The notes: generated from the sequence alone by a model not told the origin. Positions 1-9,558 are shown, counted from the first letter of the stretch. The stretch: DNA of 64,000 nucleotides from an uncultured Gammaproteobacteria bacterium (GCA_964645605.1 CAZYCE010000006.1:2981-66980); one strand, 5' to 3'. Translations and numbers: made by a program.

Positions 1-1075
1 TAAAAACGACAATTTGCCGCTTCCAGTATTTTTCCCCGACGCCACACGTGGGGTAATCAAATCGCTTGATACTACCGATCTCGAATCAACCAAAACGAAG
101 GGGATTCTGGTTAACACTTTTCATCTTTGGCAGGAGCTCGGAGGTGATGTTTTGGAAAAATTTGGCGGAATAGGCAACTTTATGGGCTTTTCGGGGGGGG
201 TTATTTCGGATTCCGGAGGATTTCAGGTAATGTCTATTATTAAATCCGGAAACATCAAAGGAAAAATCACGGATGAAGGAGTAATCTTCCACTCCCCAAA
301 AAAAACAAAAAAAATTCTAACTCCGGAAAAATCAATCGAATTCCAAATGAAGCTTAAGAGCGACATGGTTGTCGTGCTCGATGATTTCACCGACCCTAAG
401 GGGTCTTATGAAGAGGCAGAAAAGTCCGTTGAGCGGACGATTTCCTGGGCTAAAAGAAGTAAAGACGAATTTACCAAACTCTGTAAAGCAAAAAAAATTA
501 ACGAGGAAGACAGACCTTATATTTTAGGGGTAGTTCAGGGTGGAAAATATCAGAATTTAAGGAAATATTGTACGGAAGAATTAGTGGAAATTGGCTTTGA
601 CGGATTGGGATTTGGGGGGTGGCCAATTAATGATGTGGGCGATTTCGATTTTGAATCGGCAAAAACAATTGCGGAAAACACTCCCGAAAATTATTTTCTT
701 TACGGACTGGGGGTGGGGAAGCCTGAGGAAATAGTTAAATGTAGCGAGATGGGATTCAACATTTTTGATTGTGTATTGCCTACGCGTGATGCAAGGCACG
801 GAAGACTCTATGTTTACAATGCCGAAACGATCAATGATATTGATGTAGAAAGGGAAAATTTCTATTCCTTCTATTCTCCCGATAAGGAAAGATATTATAA
901 AGACGATTCCCCCGTAAGTACGGCCTGTGATTGCATCCTCTGTAAAAAATATTCGAAAGCCTACCTGGCACATCTTTTTAGAATCGGCGATTTTACCGCC
1001 GGCAGACTAGCCACAATCCACAACCTCAGGTTCTACTCGATACTTGTGGATAAACTCCGCTTGACAAACCGTTAA
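1..1075 (+). CDS. tgt: tRNA-guanine transglycosylase (TGT family), divergent pocket; 5' end runs off the window
   Basis: NTFHL, DSGGFQ, GVVQGG, FDCVLPTRDAR motifs and zinc site CDCILC...HNL; frame is open back to the window edge. Confidence 0.92.
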   Translation, partial: KNDNLPLPVFFPDATRGVIKSLDTTDLESTKTKGILVNTFHLWQELGGDVLEKFGGIGNFMGFSGGVISDSGGFQVMSIIKSGNIKGKITDEGVIFHSPKKTKKILTPEKSIEFQMKLKSDMVVVLDDFTDPKGSYEEAEKSVERTISWAKRSKDEFTKLCKAKKINEEDRPYILGVVQGGKYQNLRKYCTEELVEIGFDGLGFGGWPINDVGDFDFESAKTIAENTPENYFLYGLGVGKPEEIVKCSEMGFNIFDCVLPTRDARHGRLYVYNAETINDIDVERENFYSFYSPDKERYYKDDSPVSTACDCILCKKYSKAYLAHLFRIGDFTAGRLATIHNLRFYSILVDKLRLTNR

Positions 1076-1090
1076 CTTAATGTTTATACT
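1061..1090 (+). promoter_or_regulatory. sigma70-type promoter TTGACA-N18-TATACT, 11 nt upstream of ATG 1102
   Basis: Perfect -35 at 1061-1066 and near-consensus -10 at 1085-1090. Confidence 0.65.
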
Positions 1091-1101
1091 TGCGCACTAC
1101 T

Positions 1102-1761
1102 ATGGAAGAGTCGCAGAATCAGTCTCAGGGGGAGTCGCAAGAATCTTCTCAAGCTCAGGAAGACAAGGTTTCTTTTCCGACCGTCGGCGAATCCAAAAAG
1201 GGCGGGGGAGCAAAAACACTTTTAATTATTGGAATTTTAGTTTTGGTCGGAATTTTGGGTTATGTTATATATAAAAGCGCTACCGGTGAGAGCCAGGATG
1301 TTGTTGAGACAAACCCTACCCCTTATGAGAATGTAGCTACTCCGGCTTCCACAACTCTAGCAACTCCTTCTTCGAGTCCGTCGGCTAGTGTTGATAAAAC
1401 AAAAATTAAAATTCAGGTTCAGAATGGCACGGGTATTACGGGTGAAGCGGCCTATTTGGAGACTCAACTAGGCGAGCTCGGATACACTAACGTCACGGTA
1501 GGGAATTCTTCTACCCAAGACCAGAGGGAAACAAACGTGAGCTTTGCAAGCAGTGTTCCCGCAACGGTTGTAAATGAGATTACTTCAAAACTTAACACCG
1601 TATACCAAACCGTTACAAAAATCAGTTCAACAGGCACGACATATGATGTAGTTATCGTCACAGGACTTCGAAAAGGGGCCACACCCAAAGCAAGTTCTAC
1701 TCCGACCCCGACGCCGACATCAAGTCCGACTCCGACCACAACGGAAACGCCAACACCTTAA
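1102..1761 (+). CDS. Membrane-anchored LytR C-terminal-domain protein with Thr/Pro/Ser-rich linkers
   Basis: Single TM (LLIIGILVLVGILGYVIY), IQVQNGTGITGEA and YDVVIVTG LytR_C-like motifs, TP-rich tail; ATG 1102 preferred over TTG 1090. Confidence 0.75.
   Translation: MEESQNQSQGESQESSQAQEDKVSFPTVGESKKGGGAKTLLIIGILVLVGILGYVIYKSATGESQDVVETNPTPYENVATPASTTLATPSSSPSASVDKTKIKIQVQNGTGITGEAAYLETQLGELGYTNVTVGNSSTQDQRETNVSFASSVPATVVNEITSKLNTVYQTVTKISSTGTTYDVVIVTGLRKGATPKASSTPTPTPTSSPTPTTTETPTP
1699..1758 (+). repeat. Imperfect 6-bp (ccgacn) coding microrepeat encoding Thr-Pro repeats
   Basis: actccgaccccgacgccgac...ccgactccgacc, translating TPTPTPTSSPTPTTTETPTP. Confidence 0.6.
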
Positions 1762-1817
1762 TTTACTCCTTTTGCGGTATAAACAAAGCTTGCCGCTCGG
1801 CAATAGTTTAAGCCTCG

Positions 1818-1826
1818 TGGTAAAAT
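1818..1826 (+). promoter_or_regulatory. Extended -10 (TGG-TAAAAT) 8 nt before ATG 1835; probable leaderless transcript
   Basis: Motif seen directly; no SD. Confidence 0.6.
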
Positions 1827-1834
1827 AAATTGTT

Positions 1835-2296
1835 ATGGAAAAACTGCTCAAAATACCTTCCGGGACATTTAATTTAAATTTGGGAAATTTACATATACCG
1901 ATTCCCTATTGGGAAGCTATTGCCATCGTGGGTTTGGTATTTTTATTGATTGTTTCTCTGGCAATGTATAGGAGACACAGAGTGAATTGGTCATTTAAAG
2001 GCGCACTTTTCGGAATTTTTTTTGGCTTCCTTTTGGCTCTTTTTTTGGAGGGATTTTTAATAATTGGCGGAAAAACAGCCCTAACCTCAGTTTTGGGTTG
2101 GAAAAATGCCCCGCCTGCGATTACACAGGCACTTGATGCGGGGCGTTCCGAACTTATCAAAGTGCTTGGGGTTGACACCGCCACAATTCCCTCTTCATTT
2201 GCAAAGGATAGCCCGACCGTCCAGGGGGCTGTCGAAATGCTTCAAGGTTTGAACCCCGCAGATACAAAAACAGTTCAATCAATTTTTTGCAAATAA
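1835..2296 (+). CDS. Hypothetical membrane protein (2 TM)
   Basis: 153-aa ORF with two hydrophobic segments and its own promoter motif. Confidence 0.7.
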   Translation: MEKLLKIPSGTFNLNLGNLHIPIPYWEAIAIVGLVFLLIVSLAMYRRHRVNWSFKGALFGIFFGFLLALFLEGFLIIGGKTALTSVLGWKNAPPAITQALDAGRSELIKVLGVDTATIPSSFAKDSPTVQGAVEMLQGLNPADTKTVQSIFCK

Positions 2297-2311
2297 TATA
2301 TACTTCAGATT

Positions 2312-3388
2312 ATGCAGGACAAAAACCATCAGTTAGATGTAAAGCAGCAGGTTAATGAACTCCTGGCGCGTCTTAATAAGCTTGTCGAGGTGGTAAAAAT
2401 TGCCGATAAAAAGGACAAAATCAAAAATCTTGAGGAGAAAGTAGCTGACCCAAATCTTTGGAATGATCCTCAATATGCCAGAGCCGTAACTCAGGAATTG
2501 TCTGATTTGAAAAAAGAAGTTGAAGAAATCGAGGACCTTTCGGGAACCTTGGAGGTTTTGAAAGAGATACCGGACGAATCGGAAACCAGAAAAGCGGAAA
2601 AGAATCTCATACGGCTTGAGTTAATGTCATATCTTTCGGGGGATTATGATGACAAAAATGCCTTAGTTTCAATTCATGCGGGGCAGGGCGGAACTGAGGC
2701 CATGGATTGGGTGGGGATGCTTTACCGTATGTACCTTCGCTTTTGCGAAAGGAAAAATTGGACAACAGAGACCATTGACTACACTGCGGGCGAGGAAGCC
2801 GGAATTAAAAGCGTTACCTTTACGGTAACGGGTCGCCATGCTTATGGATATTTAAAGGGGGAGGCGGGTACGCACCGCTTAGTGCGGCAATCACCTTTCA
2901 ACGCGGACAAGCTAAGACAAACCTCTTTTGCTCTCGTTGAAGTCATGCCTGAACTTGAAGACACCGATCTTAAAGACATTGAGATTAAAAGTGATGACCT
3001 GGATTGGCAATTTATTCACGCCGGTGGGCACGGCGGCCAGAATGTCAATAAAGTTGCCACGGCAGTGCGTCTTACCCATATTCCCACAGGTATTGTTATA
3101 ACGGCTTCAACCGAGCGTTTTCAGGAACAAAATAGAAAAATTGCACTTAATCTTCTTCGCGGCAAGCTTTGGATTAGACAGCAGGAAATTGCCAAAGGGT
3201 TGAAAAAAGAAATAAAGGGGGATTACAGACCGGCCTCGTGGGGCACCCAGATTCGATCTTATGTTCTTCACCCCTATAAAATGGTTAAAGATTTAAGAAC
3301 CGAGGTTGAGACGGGAAATACGGATGCGGTTTTGGATGGTGAGATAGAAGAATTTATAGATGCCGAGCTTAAGCTCGGCAAAAATTAA
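2312..3388 (+). CDS. prfB: Peptide chain release factor 2, continuous ORF
   Basis: GGQ (HGGQNVNKV), SPF anticodon-mimic motif, WGTQIRSYVLHPY; upstream of ftsEX. Confidence 0.96.
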   Translation: MQDKNHQLDVKQQVNELLARLNKLVEVVKIADKKDKIKNLEEKVADPNLWNDPQYARAVTQELSDLKKEVEEIEDLSGTLEVLKEIPDESETRKAEKNLIRLELMSYLSGDYDDKNALVSIHAGQGGTEAMDWVGMLYRMYLRFCERKNWTTETIDYTAGEEAGIKSVTFTVTGRHAYGYLKGEAGTHRLVRQSPFNADKLRQTSFALVEVMPELEDTDLKDIEIKSDDLDWQFIHAGGHGGQNVNKVATAVRLTHIPTGIVITASTERFQEQNRKIALNLLRGKLWIRQQEIAKGLKKEIKGDYRPASWGTQIRSYVLHPYKMVKDLRTEVETGNTDAVLDGEIEEFIDAELKLGKN

Positions 3389-3426
3389 GGTTGCGTTATT
3401 AGTTTTTAAAGTGGTATATTGTGGGT

Positions 3427-3837
3427 ATGCAACCTACGCGTAAAAGTGCTTTACCATTAGTGATCGGTGCGTTTCTGGTTGTTTTGGCAGGAGTTGTCGC
3501 TGCCTGGTTAATTTCATCCAAACTGCTTAACGGCGGGACAAATGAAAAGGCGGCTCCCGGGGTTAAAGTTACTTCGACGGAGGCAGGGTCGCTTGATCCG
3601 AATGTCAGATACGATACGGCAACAGGCGTTTTGGAAGAAGGAGGCATTGGAGGGGAAGGGACGTTTCACCTTGCACGCAATGGCGGCAGTACCGCAAAAG
3701 ATGTTGCCCTTACTTCAAGTACTGTAGATCTGGGTTCGTTTTTGGGTAAGACCGTAAATATTTGGGGGGAAACAATTTCTTCAACAAGACCGGGCGGCTG
3801 GCTTATGGATGTAGCTAAGATTCAAATAGCAGAATAA
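3427..3837 (+). CDS. Single-TM hypothetical protein with small extracytoplasmic beta domain
   Basis: N-terminal TM; ATG 3427 lies 6 nt after TGG-TATATT. Confidence 0.7.
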   Translation: MQPTRKSALPLVIGAFLVVLAGVVAAWLISSKLLNGGTNEKAAPGVKVTSTEAGSLDPNVRYDTATGVLEEGGIGGEGTFHLARNGGSTAKDVALTSSTVDLGSFLGKTVNIWGETISSTRPGGWLMDVAKIQIAE

Positions 3838-3892
3838 ACTCTAAGACTGGCTTTTTGCGTTTACACCTGATACCCTAAATTATCCCAATAAT

Positions 3893-4612
3893 ATGTCCGA
3901 CGAAGAATCCACATTGATAAGTTTTAAGAATGTGAGTAAATCTTATGGTTCCATTGTTGCTCTTAAAGACATCTCATTTGAAATAAAAAAGGGGGAATTT
4001 GTGTTTATAACTGGCTCATCAGGCGCCGGAAAAACCACAATTTTGAAATTGATTTTGGGTGAGATTATTCCCTCCAAGGGTGAGGTCAGAGTAGACAATC
4101 TGAATATTGTCGATTTAAATGATAAAAACATACCTTCGTATCGGCAAAAAATAGGTGTAATTTTTCAGGATTTTAAAGTCCTTCCCGACCGGACCGTTTT
4201 TGAGAATGTTGCGGTTGCGTTGGCGGTGATAGGGCTGCCCGAAGGCCAATGGGAAGAAAGAGTTAAGCATGTCCTTAAGCTTGTCGGACTAAATCGCCAA
4301 ATTAATTTTTTCCCGTCACAACTTTCAGGCGGGGAGCTCCAGCGGGTCTCGCTTGCAAGGGCGCTTGCGGTTAATCCAAAAATTATTCTGGCGGATGAGC
4401 CGACCGGAAATCTCGATTGGGATACATCGGATGTTTTGATGAAACTTCTTGAAAAGGTTAATGAAGAAGGAAAAACCATAATCATGGCCACCCACAATAT
4501 AGAGATCGTCAATAAGTATAAAAAAAGAGTAATTCATATAGATCGCGACGATGACGGGAAAGATCGGCCCGAAAGTGAAAATGATAGAATAAAAGAGACA
4601 AAAGAGAAATGA
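3893..4612 (+). CDS. ftsE: Cell division ATP-binding protein FtsE
   Basis: Walker A GSSGAGKT, IFQDFK, LSGGE, LADEPTGNLD; overlaps ftsX. Confidence 0.92.
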   Translation: MSDEESTLISFKNVSKSYGSIVALKDISFEIKKGEFVFITGSSGAGKTTILKLILGEIIPSKGEVRVDNLNIVDLNDKNIPSYRQKIGVIFQDFKVLPDRTVFENVAVALAVIGLPEGQWEERVKHVLKLVGLNRQINFFPSQLSGGELQRVSLARALAVNPKIILADEPTGNLDWDTSDVLMKLLEKVNEEGKTIIMATHNIEIVNKYKKRVIHIDRDDDGKDRPESENDRIKETKEK

Positions 4613-5523
4613 ATAATCATTTTAAAACTGCCTGGAGCTATATAAGAAGATCGCCTTTTCAAGCGCTCGCCGCCTCCTTTGTTTTAACTCTAACTTTTTT
4701 TGTAGCGACGGTTGTTTCCGTGCTTGTTTATTCATCTTCCCAGCTCCTCTCTTATTTCGAAACAAGACCGCAGATAATTGCTTTTCTAAAAAGCGATGCC
4801 ACGGAAACGGACATTGCGAGTTTGCAACACAAGCTTGAGGCAAACCCGCGCATAAAAGATGTCGTGTATGTCAGCAAAGAAGAAGCTCTTTCCATCTATA
4901 AAAAAGCAACAAGCGACAATCCCCATTTGGGGGAGCTCGTAAGTCCTTCGATATTTCCTGCATCTTTGGAATTTTCCGTTACGGATTTGTCTTTTGCCCA
5001 AAGCACAATTGACGAAATAAAAGGAGAAGGTGTTGTTGAGTCGGTCGGATTCACGGCGGCGCTTGGAGGGGAGTCAAGCTTAAATGATGTCATAGGACGT
5101 CTGAAAACGATCACCTCTTATGTAAGAATCGGAGGCACCGTCTTTGTCGGACTTTTGGCAGTTACTTCGCTGGTGATCCTTCTGGTTATTACGAGTATGC
5201 GTGTGGTGGGTAGACGCGACGAAGTTGAAATCCTGAACCTGATTGGTGCATCAAAAGGATTTATCAGAAGTCCGCTGGTAATCGAGGCGTTCATTTATAC
5301 TCTTTCGGGGGTACTTCTCGGGTGGGCGATTTCATTTATAGCGGTACTTTATTTATCGCCGTCGGTTGTTACCTATTTCGGGGAAATTCCTATTTTACCC
5401 AGAGATGCAGTTGGGCTTTTCAAACTCTTTGGAATAATTTTGGGAACGGAACTCTTGGCGGGCTCTATACTTGCCCTTTCGGGGAGCCTCATAGCCGTTT
5501 CCAGGGTTAAAAAGGTACGCTAA
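4609..5523 (+). CDS. ftsX: Cell division permease FtsX
   Basis: 4-TM layout, YVSKEEAL, RRDEVEILNLIGASKGFIRSP motifs. Confidence 0.92.
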   Translation: MNNHFKTAWSYIRRSPFQALAASFVLTLTFFVATVVSVLVYSSSQLLSYFETRPQIIAFLKSDATETDIASLQHKLEANPRIKDVVYVSKEEALSIYKKATSDNPHLGELVSPSIFPASLEFSVTDLSFAQSTIDEIKGEGVVESVGFTAALGGESSLNDVIGRLKTITSYVRIGGTVFVGLLAVTSLVILLVITSMRVVGRRDEVEILNLIGASKGFIRSPLVIEAFIYTLSGVLLGWAISFIAVLYLSPSVVTYFGEIPILPRDAVGLFKLFGIILGTELLAGSILALSGSLIAVSRVKKVR

Positions 5524-5561
5524 GATTTTACCTTGTTTTGAGATTAGGAAAATGTTACACA

Positions 5562-6725
5562 ATGAAATATGTTATTAATAAAATCTTTTTACTTCTTGGC
5601 ATTCCCCTGCTTCTTTTTGTTTCGGTAAAAAATGTATCAGCTCAGACGTGTGGCAGTTTGGATGAGTGTAATGCTCTAATTTCACAGTATCAAGATCAAA
5701 TAACAAAGCTGCAAGGACAGTCCAATACTCTTAAGAACCAAATTGCTCAATTTGATGCACAAATTAAGCTTACTACTATAAAAATTGCTCAAACCCAAGA
5801 GCAAATAAACATGCTTGGAGGAAGAATCAATCAGCTTGGAGATTCACTTGTATCCCTAACCAAGGCTTTCAATTCCAGGGCGGTGGAGACTTATAAAATT
5901 TCAAAATATGAGGGTGGTTTTTTCTTTATACTTTCCGCAAACGACATGGGAGATGCTTTTTCCAGATATCATTATCTTCAAAAAATTCAAGAAGAAGACA
6001 GAAATTTACTGACAAGGCTTCAAGAAGCCCAAACAATCTATCAAGGTCAAAAAGCCGACCAGGAGGCTTTGCAAAAACAATTAAAAACCCAACAGGCAAG
6101 TTTGAATGCGCAAAAAACTGCAAAAAATAATTTGCTTGTGGCCACAAAAAACGATGAAACAAAATATCAGCAACTTCTGAGGCAGGCTAAAGCTCAACTC
6201 TCAGCTTTTCAAAACTTCGTTACCCGGCAGGGTGGGGCATCGATTCTTAGCAATCAAACAAAATGCAACGACTGGGGTTGTTATTATAATCAAAGGGATG
6301 AACAGTGGGGCAATATCGGAATGGGGGGATCTTCCTATACAATGGCAAATTACGGCTGTTTGGTAACATCTGTTTCAATGCTTGCCAGTCATTACGGAAA
6401 GAATTTCAAACCGGGTGATGTTGCTGTTTCCGGTGATGCTTTTGTGCCGGGGACCGGTTATCTTTACCACTCATTTACCGTAAACGGGGTTTCGGTTTCG
6501 ATTTCTACGGCCTCAAAAAGTATTCTTGATTCGGAGCTTTCCGCGGGCAGGCCGGTTATCGCAGGACTTTACGGGGGACCCGATCATTTTATCGTGATTC
6601 TCCGCAAAGACGGGGATAAATACATAATGAACGATCCATTTTTGGAAAACGGATCCGAAAGACCCCTTACGGATGAATATAATGTATCCGACATCTCCAG
6701 TTTGCGTTTGGTAAGCTTTAATTAA
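5562..6725 (+). CDS. Secreted coiled-coil (EnvC/PcsB/CwlO-type) protein with C-terminal C39-like cysteine peptidase domain
   Basis: Signal peptide, ~190-aa Gln-rich heptad region, YYNQRD..W..GCLVTSVSM..HFIVI..MNDP (Cys-His-Asp); follows ftsEX. Confidence 0.78.
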   Translation: MKYVINKIFLLLGIPLLLFVSVKNVSAQTCGSLDECNALISQYQDQITKLQGQSNTLKNQIAQFDAQIKLTTIKIAQTQEQINMLGGRINQLGDSLVSLTKAFNSRAVETYKISKYEGGFFFILSANDMGDAFSRYHYLQKIQEEDRNLLTRLQEAQTIYQGQKADQEALQKQLKTQQASLNAQKTAKNNLLVATKNDETKYQQLLRQAKAQLSAFQNFVTRQGGASILSNQTKCNDWGCYYNQRDEQWGNIGMGGSSYTMANYGCLVTSVSMLASHYGKNFKPGDVAVSGDAFVPGTGYLYHSFTVNGVSVSISTASKSILDSELSAGRPVIAGLYGGPDHFIVILRKDGDKYIMNDPFLENGSERPLTDEYNVSDISSLRLVSFN

Positions 6726-6727
6726 GA

Positions 6728-6745
6728 CGGTTTTTTAAAAAGCCG
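6728..6745. terminator. Possible hairpin/terminator after the ftsEX operon
   Basis: cggttttttaaaaagccg imperfect inverted repeat right after the stop; no clear downstream U tract. Confidence 0.25.
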
Positions 6746-6898
6746 ATATCCCGTATCATATAACATATTCGATAAGACATTTATAGTTATTATAGGGTTA
6801 CGTTAAAAAAGTACTGAATTAGTATGGGAAAAATCATATATTTTGGTGTTTTGGTGGATTGGGCTTTATAGGTGTTCCTATATTTAGTATTATTAGAA

Positions 6899-7321
6899 GT
6901 GGCAAAAAAGATTCTAAAGTTTCTTAGCCTCTGGCTCCCTCCGGTTCTTTGGGCAGCAATGATATTCAAGTTTTCATCCGGTATTGTCCCTTCTGCCTCC
7001 CAGGTTTATTGGCAGGATTTTATTGTAAAAAAGATCGGCCACGTGATCCTTTTTGCTGTCCTGGCCATTCTTGTGTATCGGGGGCTAATCGGACAGGGCG
7101 TCGGCAGAAAAAAGGCGGCTATATCGGCAGTTCTTATTTCCTTTATGTATGGTGTCAGTGATGAGGTTCACCAGATGTTTACCCAAGGAAGGGAATCAAG
7201 ATTTAGGGACACTTTATTTGACGGAATCGGAGCAAGCTTGGCAATGTATCTGATTTATAAATTTTCTTTTGCTTTTCCCAGGAAAGTGCGTGAAACACTA
7301 CTCAAAATTGGTATAAAATAA
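6899..7321 (+). CDS. VanZ-family membrane protein
   Basis: KKIGH, SDEVHQMFTQGR...D..FD.IG motifs; GTG start inferred. Confidence 0.85.
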   Translation: MAKKILKFLSLWLPPVLWAAMIFKFSSGIVPSASQVYWQDFIVKKIGHVILFAVLAILVYRGLIGQGVGRKKAAISAVLISFMYGVSDEVHQMFTQGRESRFRDTLFDGIGASLAMYLIYKFSFAFPRKVRETLLKIGIK

Positions 7322-7325
7322 CCAT

Positions 7326-8318
7326 ATGGCCAAGATCTTGGTAACAGGTGGGGCGGGGTATATAGGTTCATTCATGGTTCGCGAACTCCAGTCAAAAGGT
7401 TTTGATCCCGTGATTGTTGATAATTTATCTCAGGGGCACAAAGAAGCGGTTAAAGATTATAGATTGGAAAAAATCGATTTGGTTGCGGATAAGGAAAAAC
7501 TTGACACTCTTTTGTCTTCGGAAAAATTTGACGGAGTGGTGCATATGGCGAGTTTTATCCAAATGGGTGAATCATATCAAAATCCCGCCAAATATTATCA
7601 AAATAATGTTTATGGTTTTATGAACCTTCTGGATGCGATGAGGAAAGGAAATATCAACAAAATTATCATAAGTAGCTCTGCCGGTGTATACGGAAACCCC
7701 GTTAAGCTTCCGATCGAGGAGGACGATCCTAAAAATCCGTTAAATCCGTACGGCGAAACAAAATATATTCTTGAACGGATGCTTGACGATTACGATGCGG
7801 CTTACGGAATCAAGTTTATCAGCATCCGTTACTTTAATGCCGCCGGTGCCGCACTCGACGGCACTCTCGGTGAGGACCATCCGCAGGAAAGTCATTTAAT
7901 TCCCAATATCATCAAAAAAGCCTTAAAAGGTGAAGAAATTGAAATTTTCGGGAATGATTACAAAACACCCGACGGTACAAATGTTAGAGACTATATTCAT
8001 GTTCTCGATCTTGTCGAGACTCACTCCATTGCGATGCAAAAACTCCTAGACGGCGCACAGAGTAATATTTATAATGCCGGAATCGGGAAAGGATATTCAA
8101 ATAAAGAAATTCTGGATATGGTTCAAAATGTTATAGGCACAAACTTGAAAATAAAATATGGACCAAGAAGACCGGGGGATGCCGACGCCCTTTACGCGTC
8201 TATCGATAAGATCAAAAAAGATTTTGGCTGGAATCCCAAATACGGCCTCAGGGAAATAGTAGAAACAGCCTATGCTTGGCATAAAAGTCACCCCTCAGGA
8301 TATGCTAATATTGATTGA
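7326..8318 (+). CDS. galE: UDP-glucose 4-epimerase
   Basis: TGGAGYIGS, YGETK, RYFNAAGA, TPDGTNVRDYIHV. Confidence 0.93.
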   Translation: MAKILVTGGAGYIGSFMVRELQSKGFDPVIVDNLSQGHKEAVKDYRLEKIDLVADKEKLDTLLSSEKFDGVVHMASFIQMGESYQNPAKYYQNNVYGFMNLLDAMRKGNINKIIISSSAGVYGNPVKLPIEEDDPKNPLNPYGETKYILERMLDDYDAAYGIKFISIRYFNAAGAALDGTLGEDHPQESHLIPNIIKKALKGEEIEIFGNDYKTPDGTNVRDYIHVLDLVETHSIAMQKLLDGAQSNIYNAGIGKGYSNKEILDMVQNVIGTNLKIKYGPRRPGDADALYASIDKIKKDFGWNPKYGLREIVETAYAWHKSHPSGYANID

Positions 8319-9256
8319 TGAAGTTTTTACACCGCCTGCAACATCTTTTTGTTCCACACGAAAGCAATAATCAGAAGGCAAAGATATTGCACCCGGAGGG
8401 TCTTTTTCTAGTCACACTTGGGCTTATTGGTTTTCAGTTAATTCTTGGTCTTGCCGGAAAGTCCTTTCCAAGAGTATTGGGCTATGCGGCCAATATTTCC
8501 CCTGAAGAAGTAATCAGGCTTACCAACGTAGAAAGGACGAATAACGACCTTGCCCCTTTGACATACAATTCCACCCTTTCTCAAGCGGCCTTAGCAAAAG
8601 GCAATGACATGTTAGCCAAAGGTTATTGGGCTCATTTTGCCCCTGACGGAACATCCCCATGGAGCTTTTTCTTAAGTTTTGGCTACAAATACAGGTATGC
8701 CGGTGAAAACCTCGCCCGGGATTTTGCCGATGCGGGTACGGCGGTGAACGCGTGGATGAACTCTCCGACGCATAAGGAAAACATATTAAATCCAAATTAT
8801 AAAGACATAGGAATAGGGGTTGTAGAGGGGAATCTCGCGGGAACCGATACTACGATTATTGTTCAGTTTTTTGGTACCAGCCTTGATGACACTGCCAATA
8901 TTCCGCTTGCCAAAGCCCAAGTGGCTGCAGTTGCCGCCACGACGGAAGCTACTTCGAAGGCGATTACAAGCCCAACTCCCACGCCCGTTCCGCTAGTGAC
9001 CCCAATGCCCACTACTCCTCCGGAACAGGTTGCAAATGCCACAGGGTCATCGGTAGCCTTTGTATCTCCGTTTTCGTCAACCAAGGGGGTATCCCTTTTG
9101 ATTTTAGGGGTTCTTATAATGGTTTTATCGATTGATTTGATGGTGGTTAAGAGGAACAAAATTGTCAGGGCCGGTGGAAACACTTTGGCCCACATAGCAT
9201 TCTTGGGAATGATTTTGGCTGTTATACTTATATTGAAAGCCGGTCAGGTCATCTAA
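8318..9256 (+). CDS. CAP/SCP-domain membrane protein with Thr/Pro-rich stalk
   Basis: YWAH, AGENLA, WMNSPTHKENIL; N-terminal TM, TP-rich linker, two C-terminal TMs. Confidence 0.85.
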   Translation: MKFLHRLQHLFVPHESNNQKAKILHPEGLFLVTLGLIGFQLILGLAGKSFPRVLGYAANISPEEVIRLTNVERTNNDLAPLTYNSTLSQAALAKGNDMLAKGYWAHFAPDGTSPWSFFLSFGYKYRYAGENLARDFADAGTAVNAWMNSPTHKENILNPNYKDIGIGVVEGNLAGTDTTIIVQFFGTSLDDTANIPLAKAQVAAVAATTEATSKAITSPTPTPVPLVTPMPTTPPEQVANATGSSVAFVSPFSSTKGVSLLILGVLIMVLSIDLMVVKRNKIVRAGGNTLAHIAFLGMILAVILILKAGQVI

Positions 9257-9259
9257 TAA

Positions 9260-9520
9260 ATGAAAGCATTTGTAAAAGATCTTAGTCATTATTTGGTCCT
9301 TTTTGGCATACTTCTTGCCGGATTCATCGGTCTCGTACTTTTTTCCTACGATAAAGCTTTTCAAACTGCAGTGGCTTCGGCACTTGTTATGGCCTACACT
9401 TCTTGGGGGATTTCTCATCATTATCTTCATGGAGATTTACACCTTGAGACGGTAATTGAGTATCTGGTTGTGGCTATCCTTGGTTTTGTAATAATATTTT
9501 CAATGATAATCCGGACGTGA
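9260..9520 (+). CDS. Small hypothetical membrane protein (3 TM)
   Basis: 86-aa hydrophobic ORF starting 3 nt after the previous stop; WGISHH motif. Confidence 0.7.
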   Translation: MKAFVKDLSHYLVLFGILLAGFIGLVLFSYDKAFQTAVASALVMAYTSWGISHHYLHGDLHLETVIEYLVVAILGFVIIFSMIIRT

Positions 9521-9558
9521 ATTTGACCCAAAAAACATGTTATACTTCTCTCACTGGT

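Noticed and set aside
193-200. G8 tract in tgt and various A/T runs in GT genes as phase-variation switches
   Set aside because: All frames are intact and runs of this length are expected at this composition; no evidence without reads
1699-1758. ccgac periodic repeat as a mobile or regulatory repeat
   Set aside because: Fully explained by Thr-Pro codons
2312-3388. Alternative genetic code (UGA = Gly) as in some CPR lineages
   Set aside because: RF2 is present and many genes end cleanly at TGA with ATGA coupling
6746-6898. AT-rich 150-bp intergenic region as a riboswitch/ncRNA
   Set aside because: No convincing stems or known consensus visible
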